A stretch of DNA of 64,000 nucleotides from assembly GCA_032654565.1 (NCBI GenBank), contig JAULAX010000013.1:96001-160000 (forward strand), in the 5' to 3' direction. Under the pieces are notes generated by a model. That model ran no database searches, was not told the origin of the DNA, and saw only the letters and a list, made by a program, of their open reading frames with translations. Of the stretch, positions 11,355 through 21,357 are shown one piece after another. Made by a program: the position numbers and the translations under genes. Every line of letters begins with the position of its first letter. The stretch's first letter is position 1. This DNA comes from Anaeromyxobacteraceae bacterium (GTDB taxonomy: Bacteria > Myxococcota > Myxococcia > Myxococcales > Anaeromyxobacteraceae).

Positions 11355-11945
11355 TCAGCCGAGCGCCGCCGCCAGGGCGGCGATCGCCAGCAGCCCCGCC
11401 GCCACCAGCAGCAGCCGCGGTCGCCGCCCCGGTGGCGCCGGCCCGGGCTGCAGCGTCGCCGGCTCCAGCGGGTCGACGTAGCGCAGCCGCGTGGCGCCCA
11501 CCTCCAGCACGTCGCCGCTGCGGAGCCGCCGCAGGCCGCGAGCCCGGCCGCCGTTGACCCGCAGGCCGTTGCGCGAGCCGAGGTCCTCCACCGCCGCCCC
11601 GGCGCCGTCGAGCCGGAGCCGCAGGTGGAGGCGGGAGGCGCTGGGGTCGGCCAGCTGCAGCGCCGCGCCGCCGCAGCGCCCCACGGTGAAGTCGCCGGTC
11701 AGCGCCACCACCCGCTCGCCGGCCCGGGGCTCGTGGACCACCAGGTGCGGCCCGGCCCGCGCCGCCCCGCCGGCCTCGGCGCGCCGGAGCAGGGCCGCGG
11801 CGTCGAGCCGGGTCAGCCCCTGGCCGCGACCCACGGCCTCGGCCACCCCGCCCAGGCCAGCCGCGTCGTCCACGTCGTCCACGCCGGCCAGACCGTCCAC
11901 GTCGGCCACACCGGCCAGGTCGTCTCTGCAGGTCATCGCGGTCAT
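11355..11945 (-). CDS. FHA-domain protein with C-terminal transmembrane helix
   Basis: FTVGR...DPSASRLH...VEDLGSRNGLRVNG FHA signature; hydrophobic C-terminus; start overlaps comEC stop. Confidence 0.75.
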   Translation of the reverse strand: MTAMTCRDDLAGVADVDGLAGVDDVDDAAGLGGVAEAVGRGQGLTRLDAAALLRRAEAGGAARAGPHLVVHEPRAGERVVALTGDFTVGRCGGAALQLADPSASRLHLRLRLDGAGAAVEDLGSRNGLRVNGGRARGLRRLRSGDVLEVGATRLRYVDPLEPATLQPGPAPPGRRPRLLLVAAGLLAIAALAAALG

Positions 11946-14263
11946 CGCTCCCCCCCGCGCCCTTCTCGCCAGAGCGCCACCGGGTCGAGCACCGCCTCGG
12001 CAGGCACCCGCCGCACCACGGCGCCATCGGAGAGGAAGCGGATGGCCCCCTCGTCGGTCCGGACCACCTCGGCGCCGGCCTGCCGCCAGCGCGCCACGGT
12101 CTCGGCGTGCGGGAACCCGAAGCGGTTGCCCGCCCCCACGCTCACCGCCGCCCAGCGCGGCCGGACCGCGGCGACGAACGGGGGCGTGGAGCTGGTGCGG
12201 CTGCCGTGGTGGGGCACCTTGACCACGTCGGCCGACAGGGCCCGACCGCCGGCCAGCGCCGCCGCCTCGCCGGCCGCCTCGACGTCGCCCGGGAAGAGCC
12301 AGGCGGTGGCCCCGAAGGTCACCCGCAGCACCAGCGAGGCGTCGTTCTCGGTCAGCTCGCCCAGCGCCCCACCCACCGCCTCGAACCGGACCCCGGCCCG
12401 CTCCCAGGCCTGGCCGGGGAGGAGCCGCTGCGGCGCAGGCAGGCCGGCCAGGGCGCCTCGCGCCAGCTCGGTGAGCTCCGCCTCGCCGGTCAGCAGCCGC
12501 TCCACCGGGAACGCCGCCGCCACGCTGGCCAGCCCGAGGACGTGATCCGGGTGGGGGTGGGAGAGCACCACCGCCGCCAGCCGCGTCACCCCGAGGTCAC
12601 GCAGCAGCGGCACCAGGTCGCGGGCGCCGGGATCCGGCCCGCCGGGGAAGGTCCCGCCGCCGTCGACCAGCACCGCGGCGCCGTCGGGCAGCCGCAGCAG
12701 CGAGGCGTCCCCCTGGCCCACCGACACCATGATCCACTCCAGCCGCCCCCGCGACGCGGCGACCGCGCCCCGCACCGGCCCGGGGAGCGTGAGGCAGGCG
12801 GCGAAGCCGGCCACCGCCGCCCAGCGCCGCCAGCCGGTGAGAAGGGGCGCCAGCAGGATGGCCCCGCAGGCCACCAGCGCCAGCGGCGGTCCCGGCGAGG
12901 CCACGCCGACGACGGCGAAGCCGGGGGCGGCGGCCAGGTCGGAGACCAGCAGCAGCCCCCGGGCCAGCGGCCAGCAGAGCCAGAGGAGCGGCAGCGCCGC
13001 CAGCGGCGAGGCGGCGGCCACCACCGCGGCCAGCGCCGTGGCCGCGGTGAGCGCGGTGCCGATGGGGACCCCGGCCAGGTTGGCCACCAGCCCCAGCGCC
13101 GGCAGCCTCCGGAACTGCAGGGCGAGGATGGGGGCCGTGGCCAGGCTGGCGGCCACCGTGGCGCAGAAGCCGGAGAGGAGCGGCTCGACCAGGCGGGCCC
13201 GCCAGCTCCCCGGTGGGGAGGGGGCGACCGGCAGGGCGGCGCGCAGCGGCCCGGCCAGGGCCACCAGCCCGGCCACCGAGGCCAGCGAGAGCTGGAGGGA
13301 CGGGTCGAGCAGGGCGCCCGGCTCGGCGCCGAGGCAGACCAGGGCCGCCAGCCCCAGGGCGTTGGCGGGCGATCCCTCCCGGTCGAGGACGGTCCCGGCG
13401 AAGACCGCGCCCGCCGCCACCGCGGCCCGGATCACGGAGAAGCCGGCGCCGGTGGCCAGGGCGTAGAGCAGCGTGGCCGGGATGGCGATGGCGGCCGCGG
13501 CCCTGCGCGGCTCGAACCGGGCGGCCAGCCGATCGGCGCGCAGCAGCAGCCAGCGCAGCGCCCGCTCCAGGCCGGCCGCCACCACCACCAGGTGGAGGCC
13601 GGAGACCGCCAGCACGTGGGCCAGCCCGCTGCGGATGAACGACTCGTTGGTGGCGGCGTCGAGCGCGCCGCGATCGCCGGTGCCGATGGCCCGGATCACC
13701 GCGGCCTCCCGCGCCGGCAGCGCGCCGGTGGCCTCGGCGAAGCGCTGGCGCCCGCGCTCCAGCCAGGCCAGCGGGCTCGGCGAGGCGCAGCGGACCGGGG
13801 GGAGCAGCCCCTCGCCCAGCAGCGGGACCCCCACCGCCGCCAGCCGTCCGCGCTGGTCGCTGGCGCCGGGGTTGCGTGGGCCGGGCGGCACCCGCAGCCG
13901 GGCCCGGACCAGCACCCGATCGCCCATGGCCAGCGGCCACTGGGCGGGCGGCGTCACCAGCTCCAGCCGCCGACCGCCCGGCTCCACCAGCGTGTAGCGG
14001 AGCCGCTCTCCGAAGGGGGCCGGGACCGACCGGATCACCCCCTCCAGGTCCACGGGCGCCTCCCCGGCCGGCTCGGGCCGGGCCCGGGCCACCTCGGCGG
14101 CGAGCCAGCCGGCGACGGCGAAGGCCACCGGGGCGAGCGGGGGGGAGGCGACCAGCAGGAGGAGTCCCGGAAGGGGCGGGGGAGATGGCCACTCGGCCAG
14201 CCCCGCGGCGGCCCCCAGGAGAAAGCCGACGCCGAGCGGGATGAGCGGGGCCCTCGCGTTCAT
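11942..14263 (-). CDS. comEC: DNA internalisation competence protein ComEC/Rec2
   Basis: SGLAHVLAVSGLH competence domain, multiple TM helices, metallo-beta-lactamase motifs VGQGDA, SHPHPDH, KVPHHGSRTSS, GFPH. Confidence 0.94.
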   Translation of the reverse strand: MNARAPLIPLGVGFLLGAAAGLAEWPSPPPLPGLLLLVASPPLAPVAFAVAGWLAAEVARARPEPAGEAPVDLEGVIRSVPAPFGERLRYTLVEPGGRRLELVTPPAQWPLAMGDRVLVRARLRVPPGPRNPGASDQRGRLAAVGVPLLGEGLLPPVRCASPSPLAWLERGRQRFAEATGALPAREAAVIRAIGTGDRGALDAATNESFIRSGLAHVLAVSGLHLVVVAAGLERALRWLLLRADRLAARFEPRRAAAAIAIPATLLYALATGAGFSVIRAAVAAGAVFAGTVLDREGSPANALGLAALVCLGAEPGALLDPSLQLSLASVAGLVALAGPLRAALPVAPSPPGSWRARLVEPLLSGFCATVAASLATAPILALQFRRLPALGLVANLAGVPIGTALTAATALAAVVAAASPLAALPLLWLCWPLARGLLLVSDLAAAPGFAVVGVASPGPPLALVACGAILLAPLLTGWRRWAAVAGFAACLTLPGPVRGAVAASRGRLEWIMVSVGQGDASLLRLPDGAAVLVDGGGTFPGGPDPGARDLVPLLRDLGVTRLAAVVLSHPHPDHVLGLASVAAAFPVERLLTGEAELTELARGALAGLPAPQRLLPGQAWERAGVRFEAVGGALGELTENDASLVLRVTFGATAWLFPGDVEAAGEAAALAGGRALSADVVKVPHHGSRTSSTPPFVAAVRPRWAAVSVGAGNRFGFPHAETVARWRQAGAEVVRTDEGAIRFLSDGAVVRRVPAEAVLDPVALWREGRGGER

Positions 14264-14323
14264 GCGACGAAACGCTCCAGGCCTCGCTCCACATCAGTCA
14301 GATGACCGGAATTGCAGGCGATA

Positions 14324-14352
14324 TTGCATTCTGTCGCAATCTGTGATACAAC
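14324..14352 (+). promoter_or_regulatory. Putative sigma70 promoter of cdnL (TTGCAT-N17-TACAAC, extended -10 TG)
   Basis: AT-rich island in the comEC/cdnL divergent gap with canonical 17-nt spacing. Confidence 0.5.
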
Positions 14353-14448
14353 TTCGCACCAATGCTCCCGCCTCGGCCCGATTGCCACACCTGGGCCGGG
14401 ATCGCTTGGCGAGCGGAGGTCTAAATGTCCGGAACAAATGGAGGAAGC

Positions 14449-14940
14449 ATGTCCCCCAGCTTCAAGGTGGGTGACAAGGCCGTATACCCCGGTCAGGGGG
14501 TCGGCGAGGTCCTCGGGATCGAGCACAAGGAGGTGGCCGGCCAGCGGCAGTCCTTCTACGTGCTCCGGATCCTCGAGAACGGGATGAAGATCATGATCCC
14601 GATGAACAAGGTCAACTCGGTCGGCCTCCGCGAGATCATCGGCGAGAAGGACGTCAAGAAGGTCTACTCCATCCTCCGCGAGAAGGAGGTCTCGGTCGAC
14701 TCCACGACCTGGAACCGCCGCTACCGCGAGTACATGGACAAGATCAAGACCGGCTCGGTCTTCGAGATCGCCGAGGTGCTGCGCGACCTCTACCTGCTCC
14801 GCTCCGACAAGGACCTCTCCTTCGGCGAGCGCAAGATGCTCGACACCGCCCGGTCGCTCCTCATCAAGGAGCTGGCCATCGCCAAGGACTGCGACGAGCA
14901 GGACGTCGAGTCGGACCTGAAGAAGATCTTCAACTGTTGA
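14449..14940 (+). CDS. cdnL: CarD/CdnL family RNA polymerase-binding transcription factor (no HMGA domain, so CdnL type)
   Basis: FKVGDKAVYPGQGVG, conserved TWNRRYRE, LSFGERKMLD; GGAGG RBS; upstream of ispDF. Confidence 0.93.
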   Translation: MSPSFKVGDKAVYPGQGVGEVLGIEHKEVAGQRQSFYVLRILENGMKIMIPMNKVNSVGLREIIGEKDVKKVYSILREKEVSVDSTTWNRRYREYMDKIKTGSVFEIAEVLRDLYLLRSDKDLSFGERKMLDTARSLLIKELAIAKDCDEQDVESDLKKIFNC

Positions 14941-14975
14941 TCGGCCGCCCTGGCCGCGCGCCGGGGCGGTATGGT

Positions 14976-15017
14976 CGTGGCCGCCGCACGGACCTGGGTC
15001 CGCGCGGCGGTCGCGTT
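14976..15017 (+). terminator. Long GC-rich hairpin followed by TTT; probable cdnL terminator
   Basis: CGTGGCCGCCGCACGGAC / GTCCGCGCGGCGGTCGCG stem then TTT. Confidence 0.5.
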
Positions 15018-15136
15018 TCGACGGGAGAAGCCCCGGAACTCCGGCGTGGCGGGTCATGCCGGTTCCGGGATTGCAGCGGGAGTGCCAAGGTCGGCCGGGG
15101 GCAACGGCCGGCGGAGTCCTGGGGATGATCCTCGGC

Positions 15137-16285
15137 GTGCGGGTGGGGGCGATCGTGGCGGCCGGCGGGTCCGGGCAACGGGCCGGGCTGGCCAAGCAGT
15201 GGCTGGAGCTGGGCGGCGAGTCGGTGCTGCGCCGCTCGGCCAGGCTGCTGGCCGACTGCCCCCTCGTCGACGAGCTGGTGCTGGTGGTCCCCCCCGGCGA
15301 CGAGGCGCGGGCCGTCGAGGTGCTGGCCGGCCTGGCGCGGCCGGGCCAGGTGGTGGCGGGCGGGGCGGCCCGGGCCGACTCGGTCCGCCACGGGCTGGCC
15401 GCGCTCTCCGGCTGCGAGGTGGTGCTGGTCCACGACGCGGCGCGGCCGTTCGCCAGCCCCGGGCTGGTGGCGCGGGTGGCCGAGGCGGCGGCCCGCGACG
15501 GCGCCGCGCTGGCGGCGCTGCCGGTGACCGACACGGTGAAGCGGGCCGGGGAGGGCGAGCCGCCGCGGGTGGCCGCCACCCTCGACCGGCGCGAGCTCTG
15601 GCTGGCCCAGACGCCGCAGGGCTTCCGGCGAGAGCTGCTGCTGCGCGCCTACCAGGCGGCCGGCGCCGAGGCCTCGGCGGCCACCGACGAGTGCGGCCTG
15701 GTGGAGCGGCTGGGCGCGCCGGTGACGCTGGTGCCGGGCGAGCCGGGCAACTTCAAGATCACCTCGCCGGAGGACGTGGCCCGGGCCCGGGCCCTCACCG
15801 AGGCCCCGGTGGCCAGCGGCGTGGCCTACGACTGCCACCGCTTCGAGGCCGGCCGCCGGCTGGTGCTCGGCGGCGTCGAGTTCGAGGGGGACGGCCTGCT
15901 CGGCCACTCCGACGCCGACGTCTGCGCCCACGCCATCGGCGACGCCATCCTCGGCGCCGCCGGGCTCGGCGACCTCGGCCGCCACTTCCCCGACACCGAC
16001 CCGCGGTGGAAGGGGGTCTCCTCGCTCCAGCTGCTGCGCGAGATCACCGCCCTGGCGGCCGCCGCCGGCTGGCGGCTCGGCAACGCCGACGTGACGCTGG
16101 CGGCGAGGCGGCCGAAGATCGCCCCCCGCGCCGCCGAGATGCGGGCCAGGCTGGCCGAGGCGCTGGGGGTGGCGCCGTCGCAGGTGAACGTCAAGGCCAC
16201 CACCGGCGAGGGGATGGGGTTCGTCGGCCGCGGCGAGGGGATCGCCGCCACCGCCGTGGCGCTGCTGGTGCGGAGGGGCCGGTGA
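15137..16285 (+). CDS. ispDF: Bifunctional IspD/IspF (MEP cytidylyltransferase / MEcPP synthase); alternative start 15125
   Basis: AAGGSGQR, VLVHDAARPF, AQTPQGF, NFKIT, then YDCHRF, GHSDAD, DLGRHFPDTD, NVKATTGE. Confidence 0.93.
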   Translation: MRVGAIVAAGGSGQRAGLAKQWLELGGESVLRRSARLLADCPLVDELVLVVPPGDEARAVEVLAGLARPGQVVAGGAARADSVRHGLAALSGCEVVLVHDAARPFASPGLVARVAEAAARDGAALAALPVTDTVKRAGEGEPPRVAATLDRRELWLAQTPQGFRRELLLRAYQAAGAEASAATDECGLVERLGAPVTLVPGEPGNFKITSPEDVARARALTEAPVASGVAYDCHRFEAGRRLVLGGVEFEGDGLLGHSDADVCAHAIGDAILGAAGLGDLGRHFPDTDPRWKGVSSLQLLREITALAAAAGWRLGNADVTLAARRPKIAPRAAEMRARLAEALGVAPSQVNVKATTGEGMGFVGRGEGIAATAVALLVRRGR

Positions 16286-16884
16286 GCGAGCCGACCCTGC
16301 CGCCCCAGCCCGAGGTCGCGCCTGACACCGGCGAGACTCCGGCCCTCCCGCCGCCCCGCCGCCCGTCGCCGCTGCTGGCCCGCTCGCCCGCCTTCGCCTT
16401 CCTCTCGGTGGCGCTCTGCGGGTGGCTGCTCTGGGAGCTGGGGCCCGACGCCGCCTACGCCCTCGGCTCGCGGACGCCCATCGACCTGGGCGGGCCGGGG
16501 GCCTGGGCCTTCGACCGGGCCCGGGAGAACCGGCTGGTGCAGGTGCGCGGCGACCTGGCCGACGCGGTGCCGGTCACCGTCGACCGGACCGGGCAGGCGC
16601 GCACGGTGGGGCGGGTCTCCGGCACCAACCTGCTGGTCGACCGGCCCGGCCGCGGCGGCCCGCCGGTCTACGAGGGGCGGCTGCTCCCGGCCCGGGCCCG
16701 CGCCGACTACGCGCCGGTGGTGGCCGCCATCCGGGCCCGCGGCTCGTCGCTGGGCGACGCCTGGCTGGTGCTGCGCGACGGCGACCGGCCCGGGGACCGC
16801 TGGCTCTCGGTGGCCGGCTCGGCGCTGCTGCTGGTCCTGCTCGCCGTCAACCTGCGGGCGCTGCTGAAGAGCCTGCTCGACTGA
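16282..16884 (+). CDS. Hypothetical membrane protein (two TM helices)
   Basis: GTG overlaps ispDF stop (GTGA); fills the gap to cysS; N- and C-terminal hydrophobic segments. Confidence 0.7.
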   Translation: MSEPTLPPQPEVAPDTGETPALPPPRRPSPLLARSPAFAFLSVALCGWLLWELGPDAAYALGSRTPIDLGGPGAWAFDRARENRLVQVRGDLADAVPVTVDRTGQARTVGRVSGTNLLVDRPGRGGPPVYEGRLLPARARADYAPVVAAIRARGSSLGDAWLVLRDGDRPGDRWLSVAGSALLLVLLAVNLRALLKSLLD

Positions 16885-16898
16885 ACGGAACCGATCTC

Positions 16899-18347
<1,449 letters not shown>

Positions 18348-18443
18348 CGCTGCGTCCCGGGAAAGCGGCCTGCGAGGCGATGGCGCCCGCCGACCCCGCG
18401 GCGCCGGCCCGCTGACGGGCGCGGCGGCGGGGCCTGGCCGGGG

Positions 18444-18632
18444 CTACTCCTCGGGCTTGGGCTGCGGCCCGGGAATGATGCCGGCGATGTCGGGATCGAC
18501 GTCGCCCTCGGAGCCCTCGGGGCGGGCGTCCTTCTCGCGCTTGCGCTCGTCGCGGCGGGCGTCCTTCTCACGCTGCTTCTCGGCGCGCTTCGCTTCCTTC
18601 TGGCGCTTCAGGTGCCCTGGGTTGAATGCCAT
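18444..18632 (-). CDS. Small highly charged protein (62 aa)
   Basis: GGAGG RBS before ATG 18632; KRQKEAKRAEKQREKDARR coiled segment then DPDIAGIIPGPQP. Confidence 0.7.
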   Translation of the reverse strand: MAFNPGHLKRQKEAKRAEKQREKDARRDERKREKDARPEGSEGDVDPDIAGIIPGPQPKPEE

Positions 18633-18659
18633 CGCTGCCTCCACCACATCAGGTGTTCC

Positions 18660-18688
18660 AAAAGTGAAAACCCGGCCGACTGGCCGGG
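18660..18688 (-). terminator. Intrinsic-terminator-like hairpin in the leader of the small protein gene
   Basis: Minus strand CCCGGCC-AGTC-GGCCGGG followed by TTTTCACTTTT. Confidence 0.6.
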
Positions 18689-18823
18689 GCTCCGTAGCCG
18701 ACTTCGCACGAGCAAGACGGGGGGAATCTAGTCAAAGAGCCACGGAAAGTCGAGGCTTTTTGGGTCCGGGCAGGTACGGGGAGGGTGCGGGACGGGGGCA
18801 AGGCGGCCAGCCTCCGGTGCAGG

Positions 18824-20074
18824 TCACTGCCAGGTCGGGGAGGCGCTGGTGGGGGAGAAGCAGGCCGCCGAGAGGCCGTTGAGCTCGACCCGGCCGGCGA
18901 AGTTGCCGGTGTAGCACCAGGTGGCGCAGGCCGAGGCGGTCTGGCGGGAGAGGCAGTCGCCGCTGAAGAACTGGAGTGTGTCGGTCCCACCGGTCGGGGC
19001 CCAGGCCGCCGCGGCGAGCCGGGCGGTGGCCTGGGTCCAGGTCCCGAGCGTCCCGCAGTCGTAGTAGTTCTGGCCGAGCCCATTGGCGTGGGAAGTCTGG
19101 CAACCGCCGACACAGCAGCCGCTCCCGCTGCAGCAGGCGGTGCCGTTCCCCACGGTGCAGATGCGCTGGCCCGCGGTGCAGCAGGTCCCCTGGGCGCAGG
19201 CCAGGGTCCCGCCGCAGGCGTGGCTGCAGGCGCCGCAGTGGGCGGCGTCGGTGGTGAGATCGGTGCACACGCCGGGCGTGGTGGCGGTGGCCCCGCAGCC
19301 GGTCTCGCCGGGCGGGCAGGCGCAGCTGCCCGCCGTGCAGGTGGCTCCGGTGGCGCAGCGGGTGCCGCACGCTCCGCAGTTGGCCACGTCGGTCTGCAGG
19401 TCGGCGCAGGCGCCGGGGGTGCCGGGGGCGACGCCGCAGGCCACCTGGGTGCCGGGGCAGCCGCACACGCCCGCCGTGCAGGTGGCGCCGGTGGGGCAGG
19501 CGTGGCCGCAGGCGCCGCAGTGGCGCTCGTCGGTCTGCCGGTCGACGCAGGCTCCGGGCGCGGTGCCGCAGGTGTCGGGAGCGGCGGTGGGGCACTGGCA
19601 GGCCCCCGCCGCGCAGCTGGCGCCGGTCGGGCAAACGTTCCGGCAGGCGCCGCAGTTGGCCGGATCGCTCGAGGCGGCGACGCAGAGCGGCCCCGGGGCC
19701 GCGCAGGCGGTGGCGCCGACGTCGCACTCGCACCCGAGCGCGCCGCACGTGCCGACGCCGCAGGCCACGCCGCAGGCCTTGCAGTTCAGCGGATCGCTGG
19801 CCAGGGTGGCGCAGGTGCCTGGAGGGGAGCCGCAGGTCGCCTGGCCGGCCGGGCAGGCGCAGGTCCCGGCCACGCAGCTGGCGCCGGCGGCGCAGCGGTT
19901 GAGGCAGGTCCCGCAGGAGCGGGGGTTGGTCTGCAGGTCGAAGCAGATGCCGCCGCAGGCGGTCTGGCCGGTGGGGCAGCTGACCGGCGCGGCCCCGCCC
20001 GAGCAGCCGATGGCGACGGCGGCGGCGATGGCGGCGACGGTGGCCGCCAGGGTGAGGCGGGCGGGTGAGGTCAT
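18824..20074 (-). CDS. Cysteine-rich repeat lipoprotein of myxobacterial type (Stig1-like repeats)
   Basis: Lipobox-like AIGC; six repeats of C.D..(T/S)D..(N/H)CG.C...C..G..C..G.C.C; distinct C-terminal domain. Confidence 0.82.
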   Translation of the reverse strand: MTSPARLTLAATVAAIAAAVAIGCSGGAAPVSCPTGQTACGGICFDLQTNPRSCGTCLNRCAAGASCVAGTCACPAGQATCGSPPGTCATLASDPLNCKACGVACGVGTCGALGCECDVGATACAAPGPLCVAASSDPANCGACRNVCPTGASCAAGACQCPTAAPDTCGTAPGACVDRQTDERHCGACGHACPTGATCTAGVCGCPGTQVACGVAPGTPGACADLQTDVANCGACGTRCATGATCTAGSCACPPGETGCGATATTPGVCTDLTTDAAHCGACSHACGGTLACAQGTCCTAGQRICTVGNGTACCSGSGCCVGGCQTSHANGLGQNYYDCGTLGTWTQATARLAAAAWAPTGGTDTLQFFSGDCLSRQTASACATWCYTGNFAGRVELNGLSAACFSPTSASPTWQ

Positions 20075-20127
20075 GTGGCCGGATCATACTCCGGCGTCGG
20101 GGCGCCGGCCCCGCCCGCCAGCGTCGC

Positions 20128-21357
20128 TCAACCGGTGCGTTGTCCCACCCCGCCGCCGTACCGGCGCATCTGCCGCTCCCCGAAGGCGCGGCGCGCCGCG
20201 AGGGCGTTGTGGCGTTCGCAGACGATTCGGAGATTCTCGGCCGTGGATGGTCCCCATTCGGCCCAGGGGATGATGTGGTCCAGCTCCAGCCGGTGGGTCG
20301 AGCCGCACCAGCCGCCACCGTCGAGCGGCCAGGTGCAGCGGCCGGCGTCGCGCTCCCAGACGGCGCGTCGGACGGCGACGGGGATGGTCTCGCGGGGGCC
20401 GGTTCTGCGGCGGGTCGGGGGCTCGATCGGCGTCGGGGGCGCGGTCGGGTGTGCCGGAGCCGCCCGCGGCCGCTTCACCTGCCCGCGGGCCTTCGCTTGC
20501 TTCTCCAGCAGCAGGTCGAGCGCCGCCTCGAGCACCTGCTCCATGGTGGCGCCGGGGATGGCGTGTGAGAGGCCGTCGCGGGCGGACGCGAGCTTCTTCA
20601 AGAACTGGCGACTGACGGTGGCGTGGATCCGGGAGAGGCCGGCGGTGAGCGGTTCGACGTCGTCGCGGGTGACGGCCGGGCGGGCGGAATCCGCAACCTG
20701 CCGTCGGGGCGCCTGAAATGTCATACACGGACCCAGAGTTGGTTCTGACGTCAGAACCGCACCCTCGGTCCGTGTCAGATGGAATCCTGAAGTGCCCACG
20801 GCCGCTTGCGCTGCTTCGACGGGGGGCGCCGCCACCATCGCCGTCGGCCTCCGCTCCGGCTCCAGGCTGGTCACCACCGTCCGAAGCGGCGGCCGCTCCC
20901 GCGGCTGGAGCTCCGCCGTCACCTCGGCCGCTTCCCTCGCCGAGAGCCGGTAGTAGCGAGGCATGACGGCCCCGATATTCTCCTCGGTGAGCACCTTGGC
21001 CAACTCGGCGGTGGTTGACAGGCAGAGCCGGCCGTCGCGCAAGGGCTCGATGACCTGAGGGAGCCGCTGGAGCAGGCGGGCAGCGCTGAGCCGCCAGAAG
21101 GCGGCGTTGCGCGAGAGGCGCAGCTCGACGTGCAAGAAGGCGAAGAGGCTGGCGTGCCCGAGCGGCTCCCAGCCGCGGCGGTGGTCGAAGCCTGCCAGGG
21201 CGACCAGGAAGTCGGCCATGGAGGCCTGCTCGCGGCGGAGCAGGCGGGCGAGGGCGTCGCGGAGCTGCCGTGCTTCCAGGAGTTCGAGGGAGGGGGAGGC
21301 CGCTCCGTGGAACGAAGCCGCGGCCGAGGGAAGGGTCGGTTGCGCGTGGTTGATCAT
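20128..21357 (-). CDS. HNH endonuclease with DUF222-like N-terminal region
   Basis: C-terminal IPVAVRRAVWERDAGRC...C.....LELDHIIPW...GPSTAENLRIVCERHN; N-terminal LG.ASLFAF...L.LS. Confidence 0.85.
   Translation of the reverse strand: MINHAQPTLPSAAASFHGAASPSLELLEARQLRDALARLLRREQASMADFLVALAGFDHRRGWEPLGHASLFAFLHVELRLSRNAAFWRLSAARLLQRLPQVIEPLRDGRLCLSTTAELAKVLTEENIGAVMPRYYRLSAREAAEVTAELQPRERPPLRTVVTSLEPERRPTAMVAAPPVEAAQAAVGTSGFHLTRTEGAVLTSEPTLGPCMTFQAPRRQVADSARPAVTRDDVEPLTAGLSRIHATVSRQFLKKLASARDGLSHAIPGATMEQVLEAALDLLLEKQAKARGQVKRPRAAPAHPTAPPTPIEPPTRRRTGPRETIPVAVRRAVWERDAGRCTWPLDGGGWCGSTHRLELDHIIPWAEWGPSTAENLRIVCERHNALAARRAFGERQMRRYGGGVGQRTG

Noticed and set aside
14935..14970. Cys-TGA followed by a hairpin at the end of cdnL as selenocysteine read-through
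   Set aside because: CdnL is already full length there, and read-through would run into a low-complexity frame overlapping ispDF
18824..20074. Multiheme cytochrome c
   Set aside because: Motifs are CxxCxH or CxxCxxxC, not CxxCH; the pattern fits disulfide-bonded repeats
20128..21357. IscB/Cas9-like RNA-guided nuclease
   Set aside because: No PLMP or split RuvC motifs; only a C-terminal HNH domain is visible
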